Positions 45,372 to 55,847 of a stretch of 64,000 bases of DNA are shown here, one piece after another. How positions within the stretch are numbered: the stretch's first letter is position 1; each line of letters opens with the position of its first letter. The DNA is taken from the NCBI GenBank assembly GCA_963696385.1, contig CAVOKF010000005.1, positions 1,184,001 to 1,248,000 on the forward strand, given 5' to 3'. The notes beneath the pieces are model-generated. The model saw only the letters and a list, made by a program, of their open reading frames with translations, was not told where the DNA came from and did not search any database. The stretch comes from an uncultured delta proteobacterium (lineage in GTDB: Bacteria > Myxococcota_A > Polyangia > Polyangiales > Polyangiaceae). The translations under genes and the position numbers were made by a program.

Positions 45372-46390
45372 GGGCCGTCTTCCAGCGGCGCCTCTTTCGT
45401 CAGGGTCTCGAAGACGTCTTCGAGGGAACCGCCGGTCGGCAGCGCCTCTTTCGTCAGGGTCTCGAAGACGTCTTCGAGGGAACCGCCGGTCGGACGAACG
45501 CCGCGCACTCCGAGACGCGCCGTGACAAGCGCCGCCACCGCTTGCTCGATCGCGCGGGCCCGCTCTTCGCCCGCCAACGTCTGGACGAAGCTCACGCGCA
45601 ACCAGGCAACGTCGCCGGCCAATCCGGGGGCCCGGCCGACTCGATCGATGCCGCCGACTTGCCCCAGTGTGCGTTCGGCGACTTCGGAGTCCCCCCGCAC
45701 CTCGATGTCGACGGCGGTCGGATGGCGCATGCCCCGAATCGCGTCGGTCGCACCCTGCGCGACGAGTTTGCCGCGATGGACGACGAGCACCCGTGTTGCG
45801 CACGCTTCGACTTCACTCAGAATGTGGGTCGACAGTACGACCGTGTGCTCGCTTCCGAGTGCGCGGATGAGAGCCCTGGCTTCGCGGATCTGGTTCGGAT
45901 CGAGCCCCGCGGTCGGCTCGTCGAGGATGACGATGGGAGGCTTGCCGACGATGGCGTCGGCCAGGCCGACCCGCTGCCGATACCCCTTTGACAAGTGGCC
46001 GATGCGCTTGTTGGCGACTTCGACGACTCCCGACAGTCGCAACGCGTCGTCCACGTACGCGCTGCGTCGACCGCGCGGAACACGCTTGAGCTCCGAGCGA
46101 AAGCGGAGGTACTCAATCACCCGCATTTCAGGGTAGAGCGGCACCGATTCCGGCATGTACCCGATGCAGCGCCGGGCTTCGAACGAGTCTTCGACGATGT
46201 CGTGGTCGGCAATCGTGACTTTTCCGCTCGTTGGGCCGATGAAGCCGGACAGGATACGAAGGGTGGTGCTCTTGCCGGCGCCGTTCGGCCCGAGGAATGC
46301 CACGACCTCGCCTCGGCCGACGGCGAACGACACGTCATCCACGGCCACGCGGGCGCCGTAGCGCTTCGTGAGGTGGGACACGCGGATCAC
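45368..46390 (-). CDS. GldA-like ABC transporter ATP-binding protein
   Basis: Walker A GPNGAGKST, signature LSKGYRQRV, ILDEPTAGLDP and STHILSEVE. GTG start. Confidence 0.93.
   Translation of the reverse strand: MIRVSHLTKRYGARVAVDDVSFAVGRGEVVAFLGPNGAGKSTTLRILSGFIGPTSGKVTIADHDIVEDSFEARRCIGYMPESVPLYPEMRVIEYLRFRSELKRVPRGRRSAYVDDALRLSGVVEVANKRIGHLSKGYRQRVGLADAIVGKPPIVILDEPTAGLDPNQIREARALIRALGSEHTVVLSTHILSEVEACATRVLVVHRGKLVAQGATDAIRGMRHPTAVDIEVRGDSEVAERTLGQVGGIDRVGRAPGLAGDVAWLRVSFVQTLAGEERARAIEQAVAALVTARLGVRGVRPTGGSLEDVFETLTKEALPTGGSLEDVFETLTKEAPLEDGP
45388..45493. repeat. 54-bp tandem duplication at the 3' end of the ABC ATPase gene
   Basis: Two identical 52-bp copies (45388-45439, 45442-45493) encoding PTGGSLEDVFETLTKEA twice. 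Confidence 0.95.
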
Positions 46391-46504
46391 GGTGCGGGCG
46401 TTGTAGCGCGGACGGCACGCGAAGAGGGAGTGGAAGCGAAATGCAGGCGTGCCGCCTCGTCGATGCGACCAGGCCGGGTGTGCTAGCAGGCGCACGGCGA
46501 GTCC

Positions 46505-47581
<1,077 letters not shown>

Positions 47582-47804
47582 TGCGCGTGGGCGGTAGACT
47601 CACGGCGAGAGGCCGCGCCACCCTTCGTAGGGATGAACCGCGAGACCTGCGAACGCATCGAACGAACCGAGACGCTTTCGAATTTCGATCTGAGCCGAAT
47701 CGAGGGCCTTCGCAGAAATGCCGCACAACGTGGTCACGGGCTCTTCGCGACAGACCGTCTCCATGGCGACCACTACCGATCGCGTCTTCGCGTCGGAACC
47801 CCTG

Positions 47805-47955
47805 GCACGGCGCTCCTCTACTCGACCTACCTTGGCGGTAGCGACAACGATCTGGGCAACCGGATTGTCGTCGATGCCTCGGGGAACGCGGTCGTCGTGG
47901 GCGAGCTCGGGGCCGGTTCGACCAACTTCCCGACGGTCTCGCCCATCCAAGGTGC
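47805..47955 (+). pseudogene. Isolated SBBP beta-propeller repeat remnant
   Basis: LLYSTYLGGSDNDLGNRIVVDASGNAVVVG...STNFPTVSPIQ is a single blade with no convincing start or further repeats. Confidence 0.6.
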
Positions 47956-48081
47956 GGAGGACTGGCTATTCGACTCGTGCACTATGCACGCATAGGGATC
48001 GACATCTCGAGATTTTGCGACGACCACCCGAGTCACTCTTGCCCTCACCCGCGTAAAACCAGGTGAACGGGTACAGCGGGC

Positions 48082-48636
48082 CTAATTGCCGGCGACGCGG
48101 AACGAGGCGCTCACATCGATGTCGGGCTTGACCGTTACGCCCAGATAACTCGGCACGTTGATGCCGAAGTCATTCATATTGAGCCGGAATTTCCCTTGGG
48201 CCGAGTTTACCGTGCCGTCGCTCTTGGCCGTATAATGGACGGATACGGGGTGCGTCTGACCGTGGAGGGCAAGGGATCCGGCCACGTCGGCGTCGACCTG
48301 ACTGCCGGCAGCGGGAACTTTCAATGCGCTCTTGGCAACTGTGAGAATCGCCGCAGGATACTTGGCAACCTCCAAATACTTTTCCCGCATGTGATGGTCG
48401 CGAAGCGAGATGCCCGTCCCCAGGTTTGCCAGGGCTACCGAGATGACGACGTTGCCGTTTGCCTCGGAGACGGAAAGATCGGGCGTTGTCCCTTCGATCT
48501 TGAAGCCTGCGGGGCCCGAGGCGTCGAATGTGACGTGTGTATCGCTCGCGGACGACAGAGCGGCATGACCCATGGCACTGACGCTCGCGAGACCAAAGGA
48601 GCCTGTAACGATCCAGAGACGCAAATGTCGCCGCAT
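48082..48636 (-). CDS. YceI-family protein
   Basis: Signal peptide, TGISLRDHHMR..YLEVAKYP, GSLALHGQT and DFGI motifs. Confidence 0.9.
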   Translation of the reverse strand: MRRHLRLWIVTGSFGLASVSAMGHAALSSASDTHVTFDASGPAGFKIEGTTPDLSVSEANGNVVISVALANLGTGISLRDHHMREKYLEVAKYPAAILTVAKSALKVPAAGSQVDADVAGSLALHGQTHPVSVHYTAKSDGTVNSAQGKFRLNMNDFGINVPSYLGVTVKPDIDVSASFRVAGN

Positions 48637-48806
48637 GGTGTTGCCTCCGCGCCGCGTGGGCTTGCGACGCACAGGCGAAATACTAGCAGCGTCGACGTCG
48701 CGGCAAGTCATTTGGGACGCGTCTCCCACATTACTGTGGGAAAAAGTACGAACGCGCGCATGTAACCAGGTCGCGACCGGAGCGTATGCTGGTCGAGGTG
48801 TCGCTC

Positions 48807-49484
48807 ATGAAGCCTGGCGTGATCTGGCTGGTTCCGCTCGCTCTCTCTTGCCACACGGCGACGGCCACGACGGGCGCGGCGGCTCAACCGCCGTCGGCGA
48901 AGCTCAGCCCTGCTTCTTCCGCAGTTCCGGCTGTCGACCACGTGGGCACAAACCCGGGCCACGCGGGCAACGGGACCCCGCTCGTGCCGACGGGTCATGA
49001 TGCGCTTGCGGCCTTCGCCGCAGGCTGCTTTTGGGGCATCGAGGACGCGTACCGTCACGTGCCCGGCGTGGTCGCCACGGCGGTCGGCTACGCGGGCGGG
49101 CACACGAGCGATCCGGATTACGAAAAGGTTTGCACGCATTCTACGGGCCATGCCGAAACCGTTCTCGTCGAATACGATCCGGCTCGGATTCCGTACGAGC
49201 AGTTGCTCCGCGTATTCTGGAAAATTCATGATCCAACGCAAGTCGGCGGTCAGGGCCCCGACTTGGGCGACAACTATCGGAGCATCGTCTTCACGTTCGA
49301 CGCGGCTCAGGCTGCCTCCGCGCGCGCGTCGATGCGGGCCGAGCAGAAGCTCAACGACAACCCCATCGTGACCGAAATTCGCCCGATGGGAACGTTCTAT
49401 AAGGCCGAGGCGTACCACCAGCAGTATGCCGAGCGAACGGGACACCACGGCTGCCCGATCCGAGTGCCGGTCGAGGCGCTTTGA
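48807..49484 (+). CDS. msrA: Peptide methionine sulfoxide reductase A (exported, lipoprotein-like)
   Basis: GCFWG, GYAGG, TGHAE, HDPTQ and FYKAEAYHQQY. N-terminal ALSC lipobox-like signal. Confidence 0.95.
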   Translation: MKPGVIWLVPLALSCHTATATTGAAAQPPSAKLSPASSAVPAVDHVGTNPGHAGNGTPLVPTGHDALAAFAAGCFWGIEDAYRHVPGVVATAVGYAGGHTSDPDYEKVCTHSTGHAETVLVEYDPARIPYEQLLRVFWKIHDPTQVGGQGPDLGDNYRSIVFTFDAAQAASARASMRAEQKLNDNPIVTEIRPMGTFYKAEAYHQQYAERTGHHGCPIRVPVEAL

Positions 49485-49485
49485 A

Positions 49486-51261
49486 TCACACGACGCGGGG
49501 CAGGGCGCGGGGGTGACCCACGGCTTTGCGTTGGAGCCACGCGAGATAGACCAGCATCCCGGCAATGCCGACTGCAAACAGCACGAGCCCCGCGTTCATC
49601 CACCGGGGCCAATAGCGAACGTGCACGTGATGACGGCCCGCTGGCAGTGCGACGACGAGTTGCTTGCGCAGCTCGGCCGTCGTGCCGATGTCGGTCTGCC
49701 AACCGCGGTCGTAACCGCTGTTCAAGAGGATGAGGGTTGGGCGACTCACTTCGGCGTCGAACGCGAACGTATTCTGAGTTCGACGGACATTGTGCACGAC
49801 GGCAGCGTCGTCTTTCGCGCGGGCTTGCGGGTAGTCGCCCTCCCACAACGGCGCGCCCGCGGAAAAGGCCCATTCTTCCCAACAGTCGAGTCGGCCTCGA
49901 TTCTGCTGTGGCTGATCGATGAACGACGCCAGCCCGGCGCCTCCGATGTACAGCCGCGATGACGGGGGCACGGCGCGGCTCGGCGGTTCGTGGAAAAAGC
50001 GCTCGCACCAGTCGGTCTGGACGCTGATCATGTCGCCGACGCCGATGAACGCAAGCCCGCAGAGCGCGGTCCAAACGGCCTTCGGCCAGGACGGGTCGCG
50101 CGCCCAGCGGCGCGCCAGGCGGTCCAACCGGTCGAGCGCGATTCCGGAGAAGGCAGCCAGGAACACGGTCGCCCAAGCCACGAAGCGCGATGGTACGCGC
50201 AGCTCTTTGAATGGGAAAACGTGCCCCTTCAGGAGCGACCAGGGAGCCACCTTGGCGAAGTGACCGAGCATGAGGCTGAATGCGAGGACGAACAGCGCCA
50301 CGAGCCACGCGCCTTGGCCGGCCGACAACAGCAATCCGACCGTGGCGAGCGCGAGCACAAAGGGACCGAGATAGTCGGCGTACTCGGTCCAGACATATTG
50401 CTGGCCTTCGACCGGACGGTCATGATCGCGCCTCAAAAAAATATCCTTGAGGGTGTCCCAGTGCATCCGATCGGTTTCGGTGCCCAAGCTGCGCGTGTGC
50501 CATCGGAGTTGATCGATGACCGGCAAGAAGCGAGTCGCTCCGACCGTCATTGCGACGGCGAGCACCATGAGTCCTGCCATCGCGATGCGCGGAAGGCGTC
50601 GCCAAGGCCAACACCGGGTCAGCGTTTCGGCTCCGAGCAGAAGGAGAGCGTGGGCGAGGGGGTATACGCCTCCTTCGTGAATCATCACGGCGACGACCAG
50701 GCCGAGGCCGACGGCCGCGCGATGGTCTTGCTCCGCGCGTCGCCACAAGAGGAGCATCAGGGGCGCGTAGAAAAACGGCACCCAGTTGACCCCACCCCCC
50801 GTCGTGTGGTGCCAATGAACGCCGGCAAAGGCCCAAACGGCTGCGGCTACGAATGTCGATGGCCCCGACAGTCGAAGCTCGTGCCGAGCGAATAGCCACA
50901 TGCACACGAAACCGATCGCCGTGTGTACGACGTACCAAATCTCGATCGCGCGCGTGCTACCGACCCACGGCATGATCCAGAGAAGCGGGGCTGCGATGGG
51001 CGACTGCGGATTGTCCCAGAGCGGAACGCCGCCGCATTCGTAGGGGTTCCAGAGCGGCAATTCGTGATAGCGCGTGACGCTGACGCGTCCCGCCTCGATC
51101 ATTTTCTGGAAGAACTGACCATCCCCCCACTGCGTGTTCGGGTAGAGCTCGAGCATCGGATGCCACGCTGCGAGACTCAGGATGAGGCCCAACGCGCCGA
51201 TGGCCGCAAGGCGAACCGACGGGCGGGAGCTCAGCGCGCGCACGGACGATCCAGGACTCAT
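49486..51261 (-). CDS. YfhO-like / GT-C polytopic membrane protein
   Basis: LPLWNPY.CGG.PL motif, many TM helices, LRVPSRF, and C-terminal YDRGW...LPAGRHHVHVRY + TM. Confidence 0.75.
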   Translation of the reverse strand: MSPGSSVRALSSRPSVRLAAIGALGLILSLAAWHPMLELYPNTQWGDGQFFQKMIEAGRVSVTRYHELPLWNPYECGGVPLWDNPQSPIAAPLLWIMPWVGSTRAIEIWYVVHTAIGFVCMWLFARHELRLSGPSTFVAAAVWAFAGVHWHHTTGGGVNWVPFFYAPLMLLLWRRAEQDHRAAVGLGLVVAVMIHEGGVYPLAHALLLLGAETLTRCWPWRRLPRIAMAGLMVLAVAMTVGATRFLPVIDQLRWHTRSLGTETDRMHWDTLKDIFLRRDHDRPVEGQQYVWTEYADYLGPFVLALATVGLLLSAGQGAWLVALFVLAFSLMLGHFAKVAPWSLLKGHVFPFKELRVPSRFVAWATVFLAAFSGIALDRLDRLARRWARDPSWPKAVWTALCGLAFIGVGDMISVQTDWCERFFHEPPSRAVPPSSRLYIGGAGLASFIDQPQQNRGRLDCWEEWAFSAGAPLWEGDYPQARAKDDAAVVHNVRRTQNTFAFDAEVSRPTLILLNSGYDRGWQTDIGTTAELRKQLVVALPAGRHHVHVRYWPRWMNAGLVLFAVGIAGMLVYLAWLQRKAVGHPRALPRVV

Positions 51262-51534
51262 CGATGGGGCGAGTGAGTCGCGCAGGCGCTCTTGCCGACG
51301 TGGTCGATGACCGGAAAGCCCACGAGTGCGCCGGTCCTCGCCATCCGAGCATGACCTTACCGAGCATCGCCGCGCTGTTCCACATCGCGTTTAGGCGGAT
51401 TCGTTCGGCAGTCCCATGCGGTCGACGGCCGCGGACGTTCGGGGCTGGAAGTGAGCGCGGCAACGGGGCGAGGTGGCGCGCCGTCGAACGCGGTACTATT
51501 CGCTTGGATTGCGAGACGATCGAGCAAGCCCGCT

Positions 51535-53013
51535 ATGAACGAGACGCTTCAGGATGGACGCTTCGTCCTGACCGGGCTGCTCGGCGAAGGCTCGCAAGGT
51601 CGTACGTTCGACGCCATCGATCGTCATGACGGACGTCGCGTGGCCGTCAAGCGATTCGACGTGCGTGGCGCGAGCCGCTGGAAGGACGCCGAGCTTGCGG
51701 AGCGCGAGGCGCGTGTCCTTCAGTCGCTGTCCCACCCCAAGCTCCCCCGCTACATCGACCACTTCGAGGAGCAGGGATCTCTCTATCTTGTGATGGAGAA
51801 GGTCGAGGGGGAAACGCTGGCGAGCCTGCGCGCTCGCGGTAGGACGCTCGCGCCGGCCGAGATTTTTCGCTTCCTCGATGACGCCGCCGACGTGCTCGAC
51901 TACTTGCACCGACGGCCCGTCCCGGTCATTCACCGCGATCTCAAGCCCGGCAACGTGCTGCGGCGCTCGGATGGGTCGTTCGCGTTCGTCGACTTCGGTG
52001 CCGTTCGCGACAAGCTGCGTCCTGAAGGCGGGTCGACCATCGTGGGTACGTTCGGGTACATGGCTCCCGAGCAGTTCCAGGGGCGCGCGCTGCCCGCATC
52101 GGACGTGTACGCCGTGGGGGCCACGGCGCTTTCGCTGCTCACCGGTCGTGAGCCCGAGACGCTGCCGCATCGAGGCCTGGCGATCGACGTTCGAGCGTCG
52201 GTCGAGCCGAGCGTCGACAGGGCCCTCGCCGGTCTGTTGGAGCGCATGCTCGAGCCCGACCCGGATCGGCGGCCGGCGCGCCTGCGCGCGCTGCTCGACG
52301 AGCTCCGCGCCGGTAGCGGCGATCGGCGCTACCCGTTCGACGGGCGAGCGCCCGGTTATCGGGGCGTCACCGAGCACATCGAGCGTCGCGTTCGGGAGTA
52401 CGAGCGTCGCGTGATCGAGTTCACGCGACAGGCGGCCGATGGGGGCGACGGTGCCGAGCGATGGCATCGCAAGGCAGAGAAATGGCGTAAAGGCGAGGAG
52501 AAGTGGCGAGCGGCCCTCGCGCGCCACCTCGGCGCCTTTGCGACGCAGGCGGACCGACGCACGCTGCGACGCGAGCGACGCGCCGTGCGCAGGGCGGCAC
52601 GCCGGCGCCATGGGCGCCTGCCTTGGCCCGTTGCGTTGCTCGTTGGGATCGGTCTCACAGTCGCCATCGTCACCGTGTTCGTGGCGACTCAGGTCCTCGT
52701 CCCCCTGGTTCTGCTCGTCCTGTCGCGGATCTCATCCAGTGCGGGGCTCTCGCGGGCGGCGGTCTCGGTTCGAAAGGGCGGCAGGACGGCGCGCGCGAAC
52801 ATGGCTGCCGCGCGTCGGTCGCTGATGCGCGGCGAGCACGGTGCCGACGACACTCTTGCCGGCAGTGGACAAGAGGATGATCCGGCTGCCGTCGGGCGCG
52901 TGCGGGTGAATCCAGTGCCGTCGCCGGAGTCGGAAGGCGACGCACGAGAGCCGGCCGACGACAGCGACGCCGTCGAAGCGGCGGCGAGCGACCTGGCGCG
53001 CACGAAAAGCTAG
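51535..53013 (+). CDS. Hanks-type Ser/Thr protein kinase
   Basis: LGEGSQG, VAVK, HRDLKPGN, DFG, GTFGYMAPEQ and SDVYAVG. C-terminal TM. Confidence 0.95.
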   Translation: MNETLQDGRFVLTGLLGEGSQGRTFDAIDRHDGRRVAVKRFDVRGASRWKDAELAEREARVLQSLSHPKLPRYIDHFEEQGSLYLVMEKVEGETLASLRARGRTLAPAEIFRFLDDAADVLDYLHRRPVPVIHRDLKPGNVLRRSDGSFAFVDFGAVRDKLRPEGGSTIVGTFGYMAPEQFQGRALPASDVYAVGATALSLLTGREPETLPHRGLAIDVRASVEPSVDRALAGLLERMLEPDPDRRPARLRALLDELRAGSGDRRYPFDGRAPGYRGVTEHIERRVREYERRVIEFTRQAADGGDGAERWHRKAEKWRKGEEKWRAALARHLGAFATQADRRTLRRERRAVRRAARRRHGRLPWPVALLVGIGLTVAIVTVFVATQVLVPLVLLVLSRISSSAGLSRAAVSVRKGGRTARANMAAARRSLMRGEHGADDTLAGSGQEDDPAAVGRVRVNPVPSPESEGDAREPADDSDAVEAAASDLARTKS

Positions 53014-53100
53014 AGCGCTCTCGCGCGCACGCACACGTGGCGCCGCCTCGAAGCACGCGCTCGCGTCAAAGTCCCGCGCTTTCCCAGACCGAGAACGCGG

Positions 53101-53580
53101 CTAGTGCCTGTGCGTAGCCGCGGCCTCGACCGCCTTTTTGACGTCTTCGTACTTCGGCTCGTTTCGCGGCTCGGTGCTCACCCACGCCCACGACACGTTG
53201 CCGTGCGGCTCGATCACGAACACCGAGCGCGCCGCAGCGGTGATACCGATGTTCGCCAGGTTCTGGAAGACGACGTCGTATGCCTGGATCGCCTGGTGCT
53301 TGTGATCGGACAAGAGCGGAAAAGGCAGCTGTTGCTGCTTCTTGAACTCGGCGAGTGAAAATGGCGAGTCGACGCTGATTCCCAACACCGTAGCGTTGAG
53401 CTTCTGGTAGTCGGCAATCGCGTCGCGGAAGGTGCAAAGCTCGGTCGTGCAGACGCTCGTGAACGCAGCCGGGAAGAAGGCGAGGACCGTGACGTGGCCG
53501 TGTTCTGGGAAGCTCACGGCCTTTCGCTCCGTATCGAACAGCGTGACGTGTGGCGCGTGGGTTCCGACCTTGATGGCCAT
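53101..53580 (-). CDS. Peroxiredoxin (AhpC/TSA, BCP-like)
   Basis: FFPAAFTSVCTTELC, GISVDS, FPLLSD and RSVFVI. GGAGG RBS. Confidence 0.92.
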   Translation of the reverse strand: MAIKVGTHAPHVTLFDTERKAVSFPEHGHVTVLAFFPAAFTSVCTTELCTFRDAIADYQKLNATVLGISVDSPFSLAEFKKQQQLPFPLLSDHKHQAIQAYDVVFQNLANIGITAAARSVFVIEPHGNVSWAWVSTEPRNEPKYEDVKKAVEAAATHRH

Positions 53581-53694
53581 GAGCGGCCTCCTTCGTGGAT
53601 GACGGAAATGCATGGTGCCACGAACGAAGACGTGATCCCAGAGCTCTCGTCCGCCTGCGCGCATGAGCGAGGGACGCATCGTTCGGTTCGCGCT

Positions 53695-54030
53695 ATGTTT
53701 TTGTCCGTGCGGCGGCCCGGGCGTTTCCAAGTCTTGCGCCCCGGGTTGGCCCCGATCGGCCTGAGCGCATCGCGCGCGCGGATCGGAGGCGAGGAGCTGG
53801 CGGTCTTCAGCTTTCCGGTTCCACCGCCCGCTTTGCCCGAGACATTGAGTGCGGCGGAACGCGAGGTCGCTGTGGCGTTGCTCGAAGGCTTGTCGAACTC
53901 GGAGATCGCGGTCGCCCGACGCACATCGGCGCGAACGGTCGCCAACCAGGTCGGGTCACTGTTTCGAAAGCTGGGCGTCCGTTCCCGTGCCGAAGCGGTG
54001 GCCGCACTCGGTCGCCTTCGGCGCGTTTGA
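53695..54030 (+). CDS. Stand-alone LuxR-type HTH regulator
   Basis: LSAAEREV...GLSNSEIA..R.TSARTVANQVGSLFRKLGVRSR. Start uncertain. Confidence 0.8.
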   Translation: MFLSVRRPGRFQVLRPGLAPIGLSASRARIGGEELAVFSFPVPPPALPETLSAAEREVAVALLEGLSNSEIAVARRTSARTVANQVGSLFRKLGVRSRAEAVAALGRLRRV

Positions 54031-54212
54031 CGCCGCTCCCCTCGGCGCGGATCGTCGGCTAGATCCATGCAGAGTGCATCACGGCTCGTGATCTGCAGAG
54101 GCCTTCGCGCGCCGTCACGGGCTGCCGTTGCGATCTCCGCTTGCGATTGGGCGACAGCCGCTCAGCCCTCGAGCCCATCGATGGAACTGCTGGATTTCTC
54201 GATCCAAATCGA

Positions 54213-54241
54213 AGCTCCGGCTGCTGGACTCGAACCAGCGA
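54213..54241. repeat. att site (distal copy of tRNA-Asn 3' end)
   Basis: AGCTCCGGCTGCTGGACTCGAACCAGCGA, identical to 61455-61483. Confidence 0.95.
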
Positions 54242-54506
54242 GCAAAGCACGCCGGAACATCTGGAAAACAAGCCGAATGGTGCGGACGTCGGCCGTGCTA
54301 ATTCGTCACCCCTCGCGACCGTTCGCGACCGTTCGATACCGCCCGATACGTCGCCAACGACGGATGCCGATATCGAACGCGCCATCGTAAAAGCCGTCTC
54401 CGCGGGCGCATTCGACGTCGCGCGGGTGCTTGCCGCGCAGCTTGAAAATAGGCTCCTGACGAGGATGCCGGCGAACGTGGTACCGATTCGACGCGAGCGT
54501 GTCTGA
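54213..54506 (+). other. Displaced 3' segment of the integrase gene (int-C fragment)
   Basis: The att core reads SSGCWTRTS in the same frame as in the integrase, then stays open for 88 codons ending NVVPIRRERV. Confidence 0.8.
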
Positions 54507-54514
54507 CGTAATTC

Positions 54515-54565
54515 GTAGTGTTACTTTGTAACATTACTTGACGTCTCCACTTACGTGGATACAGT
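54515..54565 (+). promoter_or_regulatory. Sigma-70-like promoter with two palindromic operators
   Basis: TTGACG (54538)-16 nt-TACAGT (54560). Inverted repeats GTAGTGTTAC/GTAACATTAC and TCCAC/GTGGA. ATG lies 7 nt after the -10. Confidence 0.55.
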
Positions 54566-54572
54566 GCTTCAA

Positions 54573-54752
54573 ATGAAGCGCGATCGATGGCTTCGAATCC
54601 GGGCGACTTCCGAAGACCTGGAGATCCTCAAACGCGGCGCGCAGCTACGCGGTCGCAGGGTCTCCGAGCATGTCCGCGAGCTGCTTCGCAAGGATGAGCG
54701 CGAGGCTCGCGCTGAATTGACACTGAGCCTGTCAGCATCCCAAACCCTATAA
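54573..54752 (+). CDS. Small ribbon-helix-helix-like DNA-binding protein
   Basis: WLRIRAT strand + EDLEILKRGA helix + VSEHVRELL helix. Confidence 0.65.
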   Translation: MKRDRWLRIRATSEDLEILKRGAQLRGRRVSEHVRELLRKDEREARAELTLSLSASQTL

Positions 54753-54811
54753 AAGCAAACGCGCGCCAACCTTGCCGGGGGACGCGCGCGATTTGCCACG
54801 GAGAACGCAGA

Positions 54812-55147
54812 TTGAAAAATGCCACCGATTCGTCGTCGCGCAAGACGGCCGACGTTTACCTCACGAAGTCCGAACTCGAATACCTTGCATCGCTGCCAGA
54901 AGCGGAGGGCCTCCAGCTTGCGGAAGAGCGGATCGTCGCTCGGCAAGAGCTCGAACGTCTCGCACGAGATCGCGCGGAGCTTGCGAATGAGCGCGCAGGG
55001 CTGGCCGAACAGGCCACGCAAAAGGCCGCCAGGCTGCGGCACCGCGCAGATCATCCGGAGCGATACAACATGGCTTTCGTCGTTGATCGCCCGCCGAGCT
55101 TCGCGAGGAAGCCGCGTTGCACGATCGGCTCGCTCGCGAGCTCATGA
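54812..55147 (+). CDS. Hypothetical coiled-coil protein of the element
   Basis: E/R/A/L heptad-like stretch. Stop overlaps the next ATG (ATGA). Start uncertain. Confidence 0.5.
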   Translation: MKNATDSSSRKTADVYLTKSELEYLASLPEAEGLQLAEERIVARQELERLARDRAELANERAGLAEQATQKAARLRHRADHPERYNMAFVVDRPPSFARKPRCTIGSLASS

Positions 55148-55581
55148 CGTTGACCACCGCATCGCCAGCGCATCGTGCGATGCCAGCTCCGCGCCCGCTC
55201 ATTCACGCCCGCCCGCGCGGTCATTCGCCTCGCCCGCAGAAGTCCGCGAGAGTTTCGAGCGGAGGTGGATGCGACGATCCATCGCCCGCGGAGCCTCCAA
55301 AACCTCGCCCCGGCCAGCCGGTAGGGGCACCGCTACTCGTTTCCGATCGAAGCGCATTCGCCCTCATCGGATTGAATCCGCGCCCGTTCCGGACCTTTGT
55401 CCGTGAGCGCGGACTCCAGACCTCGAAAGTCGGACGACGCACCGTCGTTCGCGCCGATGTCCTGCTCGAGGCCCTCGGGCTCGCCGACGTGCCTGCGACG
55501 GAGACGGCGAAGCCTGCCGTTGACTGGCGCGCTCGCGCGACACTTCGCCTTGTTGCTGGCGGGAATCGAGGCGGCCAATGA
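55144..55581 (+). CDS. Hypothetical protein with excisionase/AlpA-like winged-helix pattern
   Basis: AFALIGLNPRPFRTFVRERGLQTSKVGRRTVVRADVL resembles Xis-type HTH + wing. Coupled by ATGA overlaps on both sides. Confidence 0.5.
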   Translation: MTLTTASPAHRAMPAPRPLIHARPRGHSPRPQKSARVSSGGGCDDPSPAEPPKPRPGQPVGAPLLVSDRSAFALIGLNPRPFRTFVRERGLQTSKVGRRTVVRADVLLEALGLADVPATETAKPAVDWRARATLRLVAGGNRGGQ

Positions 55582-55847
55582 GCCCCGCCGACGTTTCCTC
55601 GTTCGACGCAATCCAACGGCTCTGCCAGGCGTTGGAGATCAAGCCGACAGTTTGGATCGGCTTCAATTCACAAACCGCTACGTGGTTCGCAGCGTGCCAT
55701 TCGCTGCCTATGGCCGAACAGCACAATGCACCGGAATTGAACGCGGCACTCGCGAATCTCGTCGCCGAGCTTCGGTGCCTGGCGATGGCCAAGCAGGAGA
55801 AGCTCGCTGCCGTCGCTGAACTGATTGCCGGCCCGGTGTCATCGTGA
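55578..55847 (+). CDS. Hypothetical protein
   Basis: Translationally coupled to both neighbours (ATGA, GTGA). Confidence 0.5.
   Translation: MSPADVSSFDAIQRLCQALEIKPTVWIGFNSQTATWFAACHSLPMAEQHNAPELNAALANLVAELRCLAMAKQEKLAAVAELIAGPVSS

Noticed and set aside
54213..54241. Second tRNA gene
   Set aside because: Only the T-arm and 3' acceptor strand are present. It is the att duplication.
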